A stretch of DNA of 64,000 bases from assembly GCA_028820845.1 (NCBI GenBank), contig JAPPII010000119.1:1228-65227 (forward strand), in the 5' to 3' direction. Both the position numbers and the translations under genes were made by a program. The stretch is from Candidatus Poribacteria bacterium. Lineage in GTDB: Bacteria > Poribacteria > WGA-4E > WGA-3G. Of this stretch, positions 44,594-53,568 are shown one piece after another (position 1 is the stretch's first letter; the number at the start of each line of letters is the position of its first letter). Under the pieces are notes generated by a model. It was not told where the DNA came from, did no database searches, and saw nothing but the letters and a program-made list of their open reading frames with translations.

Positions 44594-45886
44594 ATGAGTA
44601 ACGGAAGCGTTATCGCGGTAATTCTTGGCGGCGGTCGTGGCACACGGCTCTTCCCACTCACCCGAGACCGCGCGAAACCCAGCGTCCCCATCGCGGGCAA
44701 ATTTCGACTTGTAGATATACCAATTAGCAACTGCCTTCATTCTGGATTCGACCGCATCTTCGTCCTGACCCAATTTAACTCCGTCTCACTGAACCGACAC
44801 ATCGCACGAGCGTACCGATTTGATAGCTATCGACGTGGGTTTGTCCAAATTCTTGCAGCACAACAGACCCTCATGGGGGACGAGTGGTATCAGGGCACAG
44901 CCGATGCTGTTAAACATAATCAACCCTACATTCTCAATCCAAGATTCAAAGATGAACACGTCCTCATCCTTGCGGGGGATCATCTCTATCGAATGGACTA
45001 CCGCAAAATGTTGGCTGTCCATACGGAATCTAAAGCCGACATTACAGTGTCCGTCATTCCAGTCAAGAAGGAAGATACCAGCGGCCTCGGTATTCTCCAA
45101 GCAGATCGCACTGGGCGCATCGTTAACTTCGTCGAAAAACCACAAACCGAAGGGGAACTGCTCCCCCTACGCGTTGAACCGGAAGTGTTTACATCGCGCG
45201 GCATTCAAGCAGAAGACCGCGAATATATCGCCTCAATGGGGATCTACATCTTTAATCACGAGGTACTCCACGAATTCCTTAAAGATGACTCGAATGTAGA
45301 CTTCGGTCAGGATATCATTCCAAAAAGTATCAAAACACATCAGGTATCCGCTTACTTTTTCGACGGCTATTGGGAGGACATCGGGACGATCCGTTCGTTC
45401 TACCACGCGAACATTGCCCTTACCGATACCTCACCGGCTTTCAACTTCTACGATGAGCAAGGACCTATCTATACCAACCGCCGCCACTTACCCAGCACAA
45501 AGGTCAATAGTAGTAGCGTCCGCTCCTCAATTCTCGCTGAGGGCTCTATTATTGATGATTCGGAACTCGACAGAACAATTGTCGGCATCCGAAGTATTAT
45601 CTCCAGTGGCAGCCGAGTTTATCAATCTGTACTTATGGGTGCCGACTATTATGAATCCAATGCTTCGCAACAGGAGAACACACAAGCAGGTATTCCTCAC
45701 ATCGGCATCGGTCAAAATTGCTTAATTCAGAACGCAATCATTGACAAAAACGCGCGAATCGGTGATAATTCCGTACTCGTCAATCGAGATGGACTTGACA
45801 ATTATGATGCCGGAAACTACTATATTCGAGATGGCATTGTGATTGTCCCGAAAGATGCGACAATACCCCCCGAAACCATTGTTTAA
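44594..45886 (+). CDS. glgC: Glucose-1-phosphate adenylyltransferase
   Basis: AVILGGGRGTRLFPLTRDRAKPSVPIAGKFRLVDIPISNCLHSG, C-terminal left-handed beta-helix. SD AAGGAAA. Confidence 0.9.
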   Translation: MSNGSVIAVILGGGRGTRLFPLTRDRAKPSVPIAGKFRLVDIPISNCLHSGFDRIFVLTQFNSVSLNRHIARAYRFDSYRRGFVQILAAQQTLMGDEWYQGTADAVKHNQPYILNPRFKDEHVLILAGDHLYRMDYRKMLAVHTESKADITVSVIPVKKEDTSGLGILQADRTGRIVNFVEKPQTEGELLPLRVEPEVFTSRGIQAEDREYIASMGIYIFNHEVLHEFLKDDSNVDFGQDIIPKSIKTHQVSAYFFDGYWEDIGTIRSFYHANIALTDTSPAFNFYDEQGPIYTNRRHLPSTKVNSSSVRSSILAEGSIIDDSELDRTIVGIRSIISSGSRVYQSVLMGADYYESNASQQENTQAGIPHIGIGQNCLIQNAIIDKNARIGDNSVLVNRDGLDNYDAGNYYIRDGIVIVPKDATIPPETIV

Positions 45887-45939
45887 CCGATAGCCTCGAT
45901 TTTGCAATCGAAGGCCTGCGTAACTAAGGAGAATTTCCG

Positions 45940-46725
45940 ATGCACAGAATACTAACACTTCTAACCATAAGCTTCTCTGCTGTGATACTTTCCATGTCAC
46001 CGCACGCCACAGCACTGGATACAGACGGACTTGTCGGGGCATGGTTGTTTGATGAAGGCAAAGGGGACACTGTCACCGATTCCTCTGATAATGGACTGGA
46101 TGGCAAAATCGCACAAGGAAAACCGAAATGGGTTGATGGGAAATTTGACGGTGCGATGGAGTTCGGCGGCTCCGATATGGTGACGGTCCCCGATGATAAT
46201 GCACTTGACCTTGAGAACTTCACGCTTGCTGCATGGGTGAATATTCCGAAAATCTCTGGCGCATGGCAGATTATTGCCTCTAAAGAGACCCGAAATCCTA
46301 CGGGTAGGAACTATGGGCTCTTTGGTAACATTAACACCGGCGTTATTCATTACTCCTTTACAACAAACGCCGGTTGGAAATCGTTTGACGCGAAGACCGC
46401 TGTCACTGATGGTGATTGGCATCACGTCGCAGGCACTTACGACGGTTCTGACTTCAAACTCTACCTTAACGGAGCGTTAGACGCACAAGTGTCGCCAGGG
46501 ACGAAACCCGATACCAGCGATAATCTCTTCTTTATTGGTGGATGCGACATCGGTAACTACTGGATGTCGGGGGCTATTGACGAAGTTGTTCTCTATGACA
46601 GACCCCTGAGTGAAAAAGAAATTACCGAACTCATGGAGGATGGAATGTCAGTAGCGTTGGACGTACAGCCCGGCGGAAAACTGGTAACCACGTGGAGTCA
46701 AATTAAGGCACACGCAACTCGGTAG
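45940..46725 (+). CDS. Secreted LamG (concanavalin A-like lectin/glucanase) domain protein
   Basis: Signal peptide. LVGAWLFDEGKGDTVTDSSDNGLDGKI...KWVDGKFDGAMEFGG...NFTLAAWVN...DEVVLYDRPLSEKEI is the Laminin_G_3 pattern. Confidence 0.8.
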   Translation: MHRILTLLTISFSAVILSMSPHATALDTDGLVGAWLFDEGKGDTVTDSSDNGLDGKIAQGKPKWVDGKFDGAMEFGGSDMVTVPDDNALDLENFTLAAWVNIPKISGAWQIIASKETRNPTGRNYGLFGNINTGVIHYSFTTNAGWKSFDAKTAVTDGDWHHVAGTYDGSDFKLYLNGALDAQVSPGTKPDTSDNLFFIGGCDIGNYWMSGAIDEVVLYDRPLSEKEITELMEDGMSVALDVQPGGKLVTTWSQIKAHATR

Positions 46726-46760
46726 ATTTCAAGAAGCGTTAAGGAGAATCAACGTATATT

Positions 46761-47039
46761 ATGTCTGAGTTAAGACAGCAACTCCTTGTACTGCATCTGC
46801 ACACGCCTGACCTGAACAGTGGCGTGGTCGCTTGGGCGATGTACGATGGAACGGGTCAAAAACGCCATACCACAGGTGACAGCGAGACACCGCCCTACAG
46901 CTCGGTCGTGGAAGCGATGCAAGACGGCTGGCGAGTGATTCAGTTTCCACAACAATTTCCTGCCTATCCCGGCATGGAATATCACACTTCATATCTCAGG
47001 TTTGAATATATTCTTGAGAAATTGGAGAAAATCTCATGA
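46761..47039 (+). CDS. Small hypothetical protein translationally coupled to a PhyH gene
   Basis: SD AGGAGA. The stop overlaps the next ATG (ATGA at 47036-47039). No family recognised. Confidence 0.55.
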   Translation: MSELRQQLLVLHLHTPDLNSGVVAWAMYDGTGQKRHTTGDSETPPYSSVVEAMQDGWRVIQFPQQFPAYPGMEYHTSYLRFEYILEKLEKIS

Positions 47040-47854
47040 TTGACAAAAATTATCTACTCAGTACGGAACAGATGGCGAACTTCGTCGCGGACGGTTACCT
47101 TCGTTTCGATGAACTCATCCCCCGCGAATTGAATGAAGCCGCACATGCAGAAATGGAAGCCGGTGTTATTGTGCGTGGACGCGGCGGCACGGTTTTAGAT
47201 GAGGTGTGGGACGACGATTCAACCGTCGGCAAAGTCTTTCGACTGCCGGAAGTGAAAGGTATCATCCACAGCCTTGTTGGTGAGAATCCGCTCTACGATC
47301 ATCACGCCGTTCATATCGTCCGTCCCCAGAACGAAATAGGACAAAGTTGGCACGCCGATGCGATCATCGACCTGCGGATGCATTTTGACATCCAGTTCTT
47401 TTATTTCTCGCACGACACACCGCGCGAAATGGGCGGAACGATGATTTTACCGGGAAGCCACTATCGCCGCGTCTGTGAGACGGACATCGCCCGCTACCAA
47501 AACTTCCTTGGGCAGCATCCTGTTGTCTGTAAGGCAGGCACGTTGCTCGTTGTGCATCATGGCATGTGGCACTGTGCACAACCGAATCTGACCGACCGGA
47601 CGCGCTACATGTTCAAACTCCGCCTTAACCCAACGGTACGTCAGTGTCAACTCTGGAACACAGACGATCTCGATACAGCAGCTTTCCACGGCATCTTAGG
47701 GAGAAATCACAGATGGTACGGGAACGATGTCAGGCTTGAAATCGTCAATCGGATCAAGCAGTGGCGTTTCCTTACGGGTGATGATTCCTTCGATGTCGGC
47801 TACTGGCTCTCTCGACTCGAAAACATGCCAGAGAATACGCAAGCGGCAGCGTAG
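47036..47854 (+). CDS. Phytanoyl-CoA dioxygenase (PhyH) family protein
   Basis: LSTEQMANFVADGYLRFDELIP, SWHADAI, ILPGSH, HHGMWHCAQPN. Confidence 0.8.
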   Translation: MIDKNYLLSTEQMANFVADGYLRFDELIPRELNEAAHAEMEAGVIVRGRGGTVLDEVWDDDSTVGKVFRLPEVKGIIHSLVGENPLYDHHAVHIVRPQNEIGQSWHADAIIDLRMHFDIQFFYFSHDTPREMGGTMILPGSHYRRVCETDIARYQNFLGQHPVVCKAGTLLVVHHGMWHCAQPNLTDRTRYMFKLRLNPTVRQCQLWNTDDLDTAAFHGILGRNHRWYGNDVRLEIVNRIKQWRFLTGDDSFDVGYWLSRLENMPENTQAAA

Positions 47855-47859
47855 CGTTC

Positions 47860-47893
47860 AAAATAAAAAGGCGCGGTTCTCACAACCGCGCCT
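47860..47893 (-). terminator. Rho-independent terminator (minus strand), member of the GGTAGG-hairpin family
   Basis: Minus strand reads GTAGGCGCGGTT GTGAG AACCGCGCCT followed by TTTTTATTTT. Perfect 10-bp stem between convergent genes. Confidence 0.7.
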
Positions 47894-47917
47894 ACAAACC
47901 GTGTAACCCTCAAAGGA

Positions 47918-48775
47918 CTATCTATCTGCCCGTCGTCTGTTACCTGCCCTATTTGCTGCTCTTCTTGCGCCAGCACGTCTTCTAACTTCCCGCATTATTT
48001 CTTGCCGCTCCGCTGGCGAAGCATTCTTAAGTTTTTCTGCCAACTCTTTCTGGTTTATCCCTAATACCTCAATTTGTTCTTTCATCTCCATCTGTCTGCG
48101 CTTTGCAGCTTCCGCCTGTTGGTTAGCGTTGGCTTGGTTTTTCGCCGCATTATCACCGCCCTCTTTTTCAGAGCCGCCTCCACCAGCCCTGCTGGCACTC
48201 CCCCGTTTCGTCGTAAGAAACTGAAGTGCCTCCGTTTTCAGCGTTATCGGCTCCCCATCTTTTTCCAACACAACCTGTTTCGCTTGGATGTCCTTTACAG
48301 TTATGTCTCCCAGTTTTTCGCCTATAGTAACAAAATGGTAGCGGTTCGATCTTTTCTCCAGCAGCGTTGCCTGTGCGATCACACCGTCCGGGTGCACAGC
48401 CGTGCCAACCAGACTATAAGCCGGTTCGTTGTTGGGTGGTGTCCACCCTAAGGGTCGAAAGAGATTGTTATCAATAATCACCTTGTAGAACGCCGCATTC
48501 TCTCCAAAGTCAACTGTCGCTCGGTTTTGACGTTGCCGAAATCTGTTACGTTGCGTTTCAGTTTGTTCCTTTGCTTCTATCATCTCTTGCATTTTCGCTG
48601 CGTCCGCTTCTGGTTTTTCGACCGAACGCATTTCAGGCTTCGTGGCAATAAATTCCGTCTTTGTTTTATCTTGTGCGTGCAGCAACACCCCAAAACCGAG
48701 GAGCGAGCATACGATACACCCAATCCCGAGCTTCGCAACGATGTTGCGTTGACTACCGGCAACCTTCAATTTCAT
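47918..48775 (-). CDS. Hypothetical membrane-anchored protein (weakly GspC/PilP-like core, Lys/Arg/Ala-rich tail)
   Basis: TM IVAKLGIGCIVCSLLGFGVLL. Core YSLVGTAV...IGEKLGDITVKDIQAKQVVLEKDGEPITL. ATG 48775 follows SD GGAGGA. Confidence 0.6.
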   Translation of the reverse strand: MKLKVAGSQRNIVAKLGIGCIVCSLLGFGVLLHAQDKTKTEFIATKPEMRSVEKPEADAAKMQEMIEAKEQTETQRNRFRQRQNRATVDFGENAAFYKVIIDNNLFRPLGWTPPNNEPAYSLVGTAVHPDGVIAQATLLEKRSNRYHFVTIGEKLGDITVKDIQAKQVVLEKDGEPITLKTEALQFLTTKRGSASRAGGGGSEKEGGDNAAKNQANANQQAEAAKRRQMEMKEQIEVLGINQKELAEKLKNASPAERQEIMREVRRRAGARRAANRAGNRRRADR

Positions 48776-48868
48776 TTCGTTTTCCTCCGTCGCGTCTTCC
48801 AAGCGTACTTCCGAAAATACCCGTTTCTGATTAAGACAATCTCTATTACAAAAAGTTCTATTTCTTTA

Positions 48869-48897
48869 ATTTTATCATATTCTTTGCCGAATGTCAA
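48869..48897 (-). promoter_or_regulatory. Putative promoter of the 47918-48775 gene
   Basis: Minus strand reads TTGACA-17 nt-TAAAAT. Confidence 0.5.
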
Positions 48898-48905
48898 TTA
48901 TACTC

Positions 48906-49091
48906 GGCGTTGCCGTAGGGTCATTCAGTCTTACCAAAATTTACATCCGGATGCCCCAACTTGTTGGGGAAAAGTGCGCTGTCCCGAATAAATTCGGGCT
49001 TCCGGAAACGGGAAGGCTTCAGATATATAAACTTAACTCTTAAAACTAAATAGCCCTGGCGTTGCCGTAGGGTCATTCAGTCTTACCAAAA
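48906..49091. repeat. ~150-bp intergenic repeat element, copy B, with 34-bp perfect direct repeat at both ends
   Basis: GGCGTTGCCGTAGGGTCATTCAGTCTTACCAAAA at 48906-48939 and 49058-49091. The body matches 28149-28331. Confidence 0.85.
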
Positions 49092-49095
49092 AGCA

Positions 49096-49124
49096 TTGAC
49101 TTTATAGAAAAAATGGAGTAAACT
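49096..49124 (+). promoter_or_regulatory. Putative promoter of the 49167 gene
   Basis: TTGACT-17 nt-TAAACT. Confidence 0.45.
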
Positions 49125-49166
49125 TTATAGCAAGAGATCTGTTTAAAATAATAAAGGAAGAAACCG

Positions 49167-49709
49167 ATGAAATACCATAGTACCTCTCAAAAATATATTG
49201 CACTTGCGTGCAGCTGCGCCTTTATTTTTCTCTTAGCAAATGGACAGGCAGCGGCGGCGCGCCGTTCGCGTGTTCTCTCAATAGCACTCTTTGCCTCTGG
49301 CATGAGCCTTCAATTCGGTAGCAGCATCCTTAAAGCATCTGCGCAAGACCAGTACGATACTTATCTCAACGCCGCAATTCAAGCAGATATTCAGACGCAC
49401 AAGGACGCTTTTCTCGTTAGGCGAAATGCCAGCACCATCATGTCCGGCGTTGGTCTCGGATGTGTCGGTCTTGCCGTGCTTTTCTCAATCTACAACCAAC
49501 TGGATACACCAGAACCTGTGGACACCTCAGTTTCCTCAGTACACGGATCGAATGCGCAAGTTGAAACATCACGGGCACGCCTAAGTGGCTTCGCAAATCG
49601 TCTCTCTCAAAACACGAGTCTGCTATTCCCACGCACCACATTCCAACTGCACCCGCATTACGATTTCCAAACGCATCGCGCGAGTCTAAGGCTCTTGCAC
49701 CATTTTTAG
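49167..49709 (+). CDS. Hypothetical membrane/secreted protein
   Basis: SD AAGGAAG. N-terminal hydrophobic segment and one internal TM (GVGLGCVGLAVLFSI). No family recognised. Confidence 0.55.
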   Translation: MKYHSTSQKYIALACSCAFIFLLANGQAAAARRSRVLSIALFASGMSLQFGSSILKASAQDQYDTYLNAAIQADIQTHKDAFLVRRNASTIMSGVGLGCVGLAVLFSIYNQLDTPEPVDTSVSSVHGSNAQVETSRARLSGFANRLSQNTSLLFPRTTFQLHPHYDFQTHRASLRLLHHF

Positions 49710-49757
49710 GACGCATCTCATAGCCTACCATGGATCGGAGAAAACTAACTGAAGACC

Positions 49758-49781
49758 GGCGAGGTTGGAAACCTCGCCTAC
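49758..49781. repeat. GGTAGG-hairpin family copy
   Basis: GGCGAGGTT GGA AACCTCGCC TAC. Confidence 0.75.
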
Positions 49782-49877
49782 CAAATGGAGATTAAAAACT
49801 TATCTCGTAGATACACGGTCTCGTGCTACAGGACTTTGCATCAATTTCGTTACAGTTTCTTTAAAAGGAAAAAAGCA

Positions 49878-50987
49878 ATGTACTTAATCCGATACCTATT
49901 TAACAACAAGTCTATTCTGCTCAGTCTTCCGATATGCCTTGGCCTCCTTCTGTTGAGTGCTTGCACAAACACGGAAGATTTCGCCAACCCGCTCGATCCG
50001 GAGAATCTACGCACTGCTGGCGCGCCAGACGGTCTGATCCTTTTTGCTGGAGATAAACAGGTCCGGGTCACGTGGAACGACATAGGTCAGGTAGGCATTA
50101 AAGGATACCGTATCTACAGACGTTCTACAGGTGGAACGGATACGGAATTTACATTAGTCGGCTCGGTTGACGCGCCTGCCAACGAATTCATTGATACCCA
50201 AAACCTCGAAAACGATCGCATCGACGCGTCTGGCCGCCTCCTCGCCTATGAATATCGCGTCACTTATGTAGATGTCAACGGTGTCGAAACACCAGACCCG
50301 ACCAACCCACCTACTGAGGGTGAAGAACCGCGTCGTATCTGGAAAACAGCACTCGCCACACCGAGTGTCCCGCCGCCTGCCCCTACTGTAACACTCGGTG
50401 ACCCAACCGATCTTACCGTCAAACTTTTTTGGGACGGTTATGAGTTCCCGCGCGATTTCTCTATTTTCCGCGTCTACGCTGCACTTGACCCCGGAGAGGA
50501 CAAACCGCTCCGATTCAAACTGATTGCTGAGCCGAAGCGCGATAAACTTTACTATTTTGATCACGATTTTGAAAGTGACGGTATCCGCAAAGTCTATCGT
50601 ATCGCTGGTGTTGACGAGTTCGGCGCGGAGGCAATCACTGTAGTTACCGCAGCCGCCCCAAACCTGCCCCCCGCGCCACCAAAAGATGTGAGGGTACGTT
50701 ATTTGCCGCGGTCCCTATTCAATACAAAATACGATGCGGCCATTTCATGGACACCCAACACCGAACCCGACCTCGCTGGATACCAACTCTATACAAGAGA
50801 CGCAGCAGGCAATCTACTGCCCCGACCCGCAGTCGGACGAAAGGATCGCAACTTCACAATCATTGGTGAAGACCCTATCCTCGTCGGTCAGTCATTGGAA
50901 TTCAAGAAATACTACATCACTGCCTTTGACGATACCCCGGGTCCCGATGGACGGCGCGACGAAAGCGCGATGGTAGAAGCAAAGTAA
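49878..50987 (+). CDS. Lipoprotein with fibronectin type III-like domains
   Basis: Lipobox LLLLSAC after MYLIRYLF. VRVTWNDIGQVGIKGYRIYRR and AISWTPNTEPDLAGYQLY are FN3-like. ATG 49878 is preferred because the upstream part of the track ORF overlaps a repeat hairpin. Confidence 0.7.
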   Translation: MYLIRYLFNNKSILLSLPICLGLLLLSACTNTEDFANPLDPENLRTAGAPDGLILFAGDKQVRVTWNDIGQVGIKGYRIYRRSTGGTDTEFTLVGSVDAPANEFIDTQNLENDRIDASGRLLAYEYRVTYVDVNGVETPDPTNPPTEGEEPRRIWKTALATPSVPPPAPTVTLGDPTDLTVKLFWDGYEFPRDFSIFRVYAALDPGEDKPLRFKLIAEPKRDKLYYFDHDFESDGIRKVYRIAGVDEFGAEAITVVTAAAPNLPPAPPKDVRVRYLPRSLFNTKYDAAISWTPNTEPDLAGYQLYTRDAAGNLLPRPAVGRKDRNFTIIGEDPILVGQSLEFKKYYITAFDDTPGPDGRRDESAMVEAK

Positions 50988-51113
50988 AGTGGCAGTCGGC
51001 GGTTAGGACGTTCCGCTACCGCTTCACTTTTAGCCGTTGACGAAGAAAACTTTTTTACCAATTGCTAAAAGCGCAGCGTCCTAATTGCTAATTACCACTA
51101 AAGGATAAACATC

Positions 51114-52088
51114 ATGCACGTTAAAAACAGAACACGCAATACGCAATATTTCATTTACACTATCTGTACCGTCCTTCTCGTTAGCATCGCACTGCCGGTT
51201 TCAGCACAGTTACCAAAGGTTTCACAACTGAACACCATCCAGACAGCGGAACCGCTCGGTAAAGGCGGCTCGAGTACCACATTCGGACTCCTACAATACG
51301 CTAAAGTCGATCTGCTACCCGATTTAAGCCAAAGGGTAGATATCGGAGGGTTTGAGGAATCGCATCGCGTAACGTTTGAGATTGAGACCTTTCTGGTGCC
51401 AGTTAGATTCGCTTACGGCTTAAACGATGCACTCGACCTCCTGCTCGGTGGTACATTTTCGACAGGCGGCGCGCGGAAAGTTGTTTACGATTTCTACAAT
51501 ACAGCCACAGAGAACAACACAGATCCAAATGTTAACCGTCGTGTTTATGAACAGCCTTTGTTTGACGGTATCATTGGACTGAAGTACAATATCAAACCCG
51601 ATCGGAACGATAACCTTCCAAGCATCTCCGTCGGTGGAGACGTGCAGTTCGGTCTCACAGCCGATGACCGACTTAACTCGGACAACGAATTCCTCGATCA
51701 TAGTCCCGCTGACGGCTTTCCATTTATGGGTGTCAATACCTATCTGGTCGGCACGCAAAGATTTGGGGATCTCTTTAAAGTCCATGCCGGTGTTGGTGTC
51801 TTCTTAACATCAAAGTCCCTGAAAACAACGGACTTTTTTACCCTTAATTGGCAGGTCGGCACTGAGGTCGCTGTTTCAGATAACATGTGGTTTGTCGCCG
51901 ATTTTTCGCGCGAACTCCCTTATGCAGGCGTGCATGTGACGAACCTCATCGGACTTACACTCCGCTACGAAATTTCAAATACACTTGCCTTCCAACTCGG
52001 ATTCAACAGCCGTCCCGGATTCTTGTTTAACCTAACCTTCGGAGGTGAGGAGACGCAGGCACTCGAAGGCGAGAATTTGCTCTTTTAA
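51114..52088 (+). CDS. Putative outer-membrane beta-barrel protein
   Basis: Signal peptide ending PVSAQ, alternating amphipathic strands, C-terminal ...NLLF. Confidence 0.5.
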   Translation: MHVKNRTRNTQYFIYTICTVLLVSIALPVSAQLPKVSQLNTIQTAEPLGKGGSSTTFGLLQYAKVDLLPDLSQRVDIGGFEESHRVTFEIETFLVPVRFAYGLNDALDLLLGGTFSTGGARKVVYDFYNTATENNTDPNVNRRVYEQPLFDGIIGLKYNIKPDRNDNLPSISVGGDVQFGLTADDRLNSDNEFLDHSPADGFPFMGVNTYLVGTQRFGDLFKVHAGVGVFLTSKSLKTTDFFTLNWQVGTEVAVSDNMWFVADFSRELPYAGVHVTNLIGLTLRYEISNTLAFQLGFNSRPGFLFNLTFGGEETQALEGENLLF

Positions 52089-52112
52089 TAGAGAGATCTG
52101 GGGAGACCGCCG

Positions 52113-52562
52113 ATGAGAGCAGTCGTTCAACGCGTTAAATCCGCCAGTGTTAAAGTAGAAGGCAAACTCGTCTCTGAAATCGGAGCGGGTGTCCTCATCT
52201 TTCTCGGCGTTGCCCATGAAGATACCGCAACGGAAATAGTATATATTGCCAACAAAGTCGCCAATCTCCGCATTTTCGAGGACGAAGACGGCAAGATGAA
52301 CCGCTCCCTTCTCGACACAGGTGGTGCTGCGCTTGTGGTTTCGCAATTCACGCTCTACGGCGACTGTCGCAAAGGACGGAGACCGAGTTTCATCAAAGCC
52401 GCCCGACCCGAATTGGCGAATGCCCTTTATGAGCAGTTCATCATCGCTCTTGAACAACAGAATATACCAACGCAAGGCGGCACTTTTCAGGCGATGATGG
52501 ACGTGGAACTCATTAATGACGGTCCTGTCACGATTCTATTGGATAGCGATAAACAGTTTTAA
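52113..52562 (+). CDS. dtd: D-aminoacyl-tRNA deacylase
   Basis: [43 protein letters not shown]. Confidence 0.95.
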   Translation: MRAVVQRVKSASVKVEGKLVSEIGAGVLIFLGVAHEDTATEIVYIANKVANLRIFEDEDGKMNRSLLDTGGAALVVSQFTLYGDCRKGRRPSFIKAARPELANALYEQFIIALEQQNIPTQGGTFQAMMDVELINDGPVTILLDSDKQF

Positions 52563-52580
52563 CCCGCAAAGGAGAAACCT

Positions 52581-53546
52581 ATGGCTCGTAAAATGCGCCT
52601 CGGTTTAGGTCAATTCAGCCAACTCAGCGAAGAACGCTTACGGTTCATCAAACAACTCGGTGTCGAAGACGTCCTGCTCAACACGCCACAACTTCCCGGC
52701 ACAGAACGCTGGGAGTTCATGGACATCCTTCAACTCCGCACAGAAGTAGAAAACGCTGGACTCCGATTGGCAGCCCTTGAGAACGTCCCTGTCTCCTTCT
52801 ATAACGAAGCCATGCTCGGACTGCCGTGCCGCGACGAACAAATTGAAAATATGGCGACGACAATCCGCAATATCGGTAAAGCAGGTGTAGAAATCTTCGG
52901 GTATCATTGGATGCCCAATCAAGTCTGGCGCACCTCTCGAACCACTCCCGGCAGGGGTGGTGCTGCGGTTACTAGTTTCGATATGGAACAGGTAAAAGAC
53001 GCACCGCTAACGCACGGACGTGTTTTCACTGAAGCGGAAATATGGGAAAACTACGAGTATTACATGAACGCAATTCTACCGGTCGCGGAGGAGGCAGGCG
53101 TTAAACTCGCACTTCATCCAGACGATCCACCTGTCGAATCGCTTGCAGGTGTGCCGCGTCTGTTTCGTAATTTTGAAGGTTTCAAACGTGCGATGGAAAT
53201 CGCTGACAGCCCGATACACGGACTCGACTTCTGCGTCGGTTCTTGGTCTGAGATGGGACCTGGTGTCACGGATGCGATCCGTTATTTCGGGGAGCGTGAC
53301 AAGATTTTCTACGTCCATTTCCGAGATGTCCAAGGACATGTCCCAAAGTTCGCTGAATCCTTTGTAAATGAAGGCAACTGTGATATGTTCGAGGTGATGC
53401 GGACGCTCAAAGAGGTCGGCTTTACGGGTTTCATGATTACCGACCATGTTCCGCACGTTGTTGACGATACAGATTGGGGGCACCGGGGTCGGGCGTATGC
53501 TATCGGGTATATGACGGCATTTCTTGAAATTTTAATGGCGACATAG
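52581..53546 (+). CDS. uxuA: D-mannonate dehydratase (short UxuA form)
   Basis: ILPVAEEAGVKLALHPDDPP...GVPRL, FYVHFRDV, CDMFEVMRTLKEVGF, MITDHVPH align by eye with E. coli UxuA ([48 protein letters not shown]). Confidence 0.8.
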   Translation: MARKMRLGLGQFSQLSEERLRFIKQLGVEDVLLNTPQLPGTERWEFMDILQLRTEVENAGLRLAALENVPVSFYNEAMLGLPCRDEQIENMATTIRNIGKAGVEIFGYHWMPNQVWRTSRTTPGRGGAAVTSFDMEQVKDAPLTHGRVFTEAEIWENYEYYMNAILPVAEEAGVKLALHPDDPPVESLAGVPRLFRNFEGFKRAMEIADSPIHGLDFCVGSWSEMGPGVTDAIRYFGERDKIFYVHFRDVQGHVPKFAESFVNEGNCDMFEVMRTLKEVGFTGFMITDHVPHVVDDTDWGHRGRAYAIGYMTAFLEILMAT

Positions 53547-53568
53547 CAGATATGAAAAGGAGTACAAA

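Noticed and set aside
49785-49877. Upstream start (ATG 49785) for the FN3 lipoprotein
   Set aside because: It begins immediately after a repeat hairpin. ATG 49878 has an SD-like AAAGGAAAAAAG and gives a proper lipoprotein signal peptide.
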